Shown: positions 63,058-64,000 of the stretch, piece after piece
Layout of the letters: each line of letters begins with the position of its first letter
Position numbering within the stretch: the stretch's first letter is position 1
NCBI RefSeq assembly: GCF_022045235.1
Contig: NW_027266271.1
Location: forward strand, 25,792,001-25,856,000
Length of the DNA stretch: 64,000 bases
Source: Haliotis cracherodii
Taxonomy: Eukaryota
Direction of reading: 5' to 3'
Program-made: the position numbers and the translations under genes
Notes under the pieces: generated by a model
Told to the model about the DNA's origin: nothing
The model's input: the letters and a program-made list of their open reading frames with translations, nothing else
Databases searched by the model: none

Positions 63058-64000
63058 ATTTATTTATTGAATAACAGACCAATCTTAGTCTACATGATGT
63101 CTTCATACATTATTAGAGAAAAAGTAAGTTTGACAAATTCAGCGCAGATGCATACTTAACTCTTTCAACACCGTAGGCCAGCAGACTGGCCAAGCCATAG
63201 TCACATCAAAATAGTATATAATTTTTTAAACCTACCTGTCATATCATTCATTTATTAAATCTATCACATTTCACAATGTCTGAAATATGTATTCCATTTA
63301 AACATTATTCAGTATCTCCCGCGATGTTATTGAAAATACAATTCTCGGACACACTTTGACAATGGGTCCACAATGAACATGTCAAAGAGCAAAATAAAGA
63401 CGTTTCAAGCAAATGTTTCCATTTATTATACAAAGTAATAATAAAAAACAGAAACAAATATATATCTAACAGATGTCAAGCTTACATCTAAGTTATTATT
63501 TCCATCTTTTTGTGCGATCGGGTGTAATGTAAATCAAATGAGATCTTGGCTTTCGCCGCCTTGAATTCACAGCTCGGACATGTTTAACTCTTTCAACACC
63601 AGTCAACCAGTAGAGTTTACTGCTGGGACACCGAGTTCCCAGAGACTCTTGTGTCATAGATGAAGCCAACATTTATCAAAGAAAATATCTGCTTGTAAAA
63701 TATCTTTGCTACTACATGTTATACACCATTTGAAAGGTCTGATCCTAGTGAAAGTTATGTTTTTCACATTGTTTAAAATAATGCATTTACAACTTAATTA
63801 AGTTCGTTGTAAATTAAAAATTGTAAGCTAACACGTTAACGTCCAGATTAAGGACCAAGGAAGCGAAAACCTGCTGATTTTCGGCAAATATAAGATTCCA
63901 TAAAATCCACTTACCTATTTAAGTTTTATTTTCATTGTTTATGTAATTGGAAAATCATTTAAAAAGAGTTATAAATAGTATCTGCTCACCACCCATTTCC

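Noticed and set aside
63156-63600. Repeated ttaactctttcaacacc, piggyBac-like left ends
   Set aside because: Two direct 17-bp copies without a convincing matching inverted end

Overview
Repeat-rich eukaryotic (animal) genomic DNA with one N gap. The SINE repertoire suggests a mollusc, probably abalone-like (inference). Three spliced protein-coding genes can be supported. (1) A minus-strand gene with an ADAR/ADAD-type dsRNA-binding domain: dsRBD exon 22878-22561 and a probable first coding exon 35367-35316; no deaminase exons were recognised. (2) Divergently, a complete 3-exon HRG-1/SLC48A1 heme transporter (38052-44456, 161 aa). (3) The last coding exon of an HP1/CBX chromo-shadow protein on the minus strand (62776-62623). 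Between HRG-1 and HP1 lies a decayed DIRS-type retrotransposon (gag, RT ends, RNase H, methyltransferase-like domain) whose RT core is replaced by a decayed DD34E Tc1 transposon. About a dozen unrelated minisatellite arrays (roughly 14 kb) account for nearly all long ORFs in the track. The rest includes four SINE families and several MITEs. The most interesting signal is the most abundant SINE: it has no tRNA/Pol III head, starts at the same point in independent insertions (several with TSDs), and opens with a conserved predicted pseudoknot plus hairpin-CTAA module. This is a candidate self-cleaving or otherwise functional 5' RNA element (untested inference).
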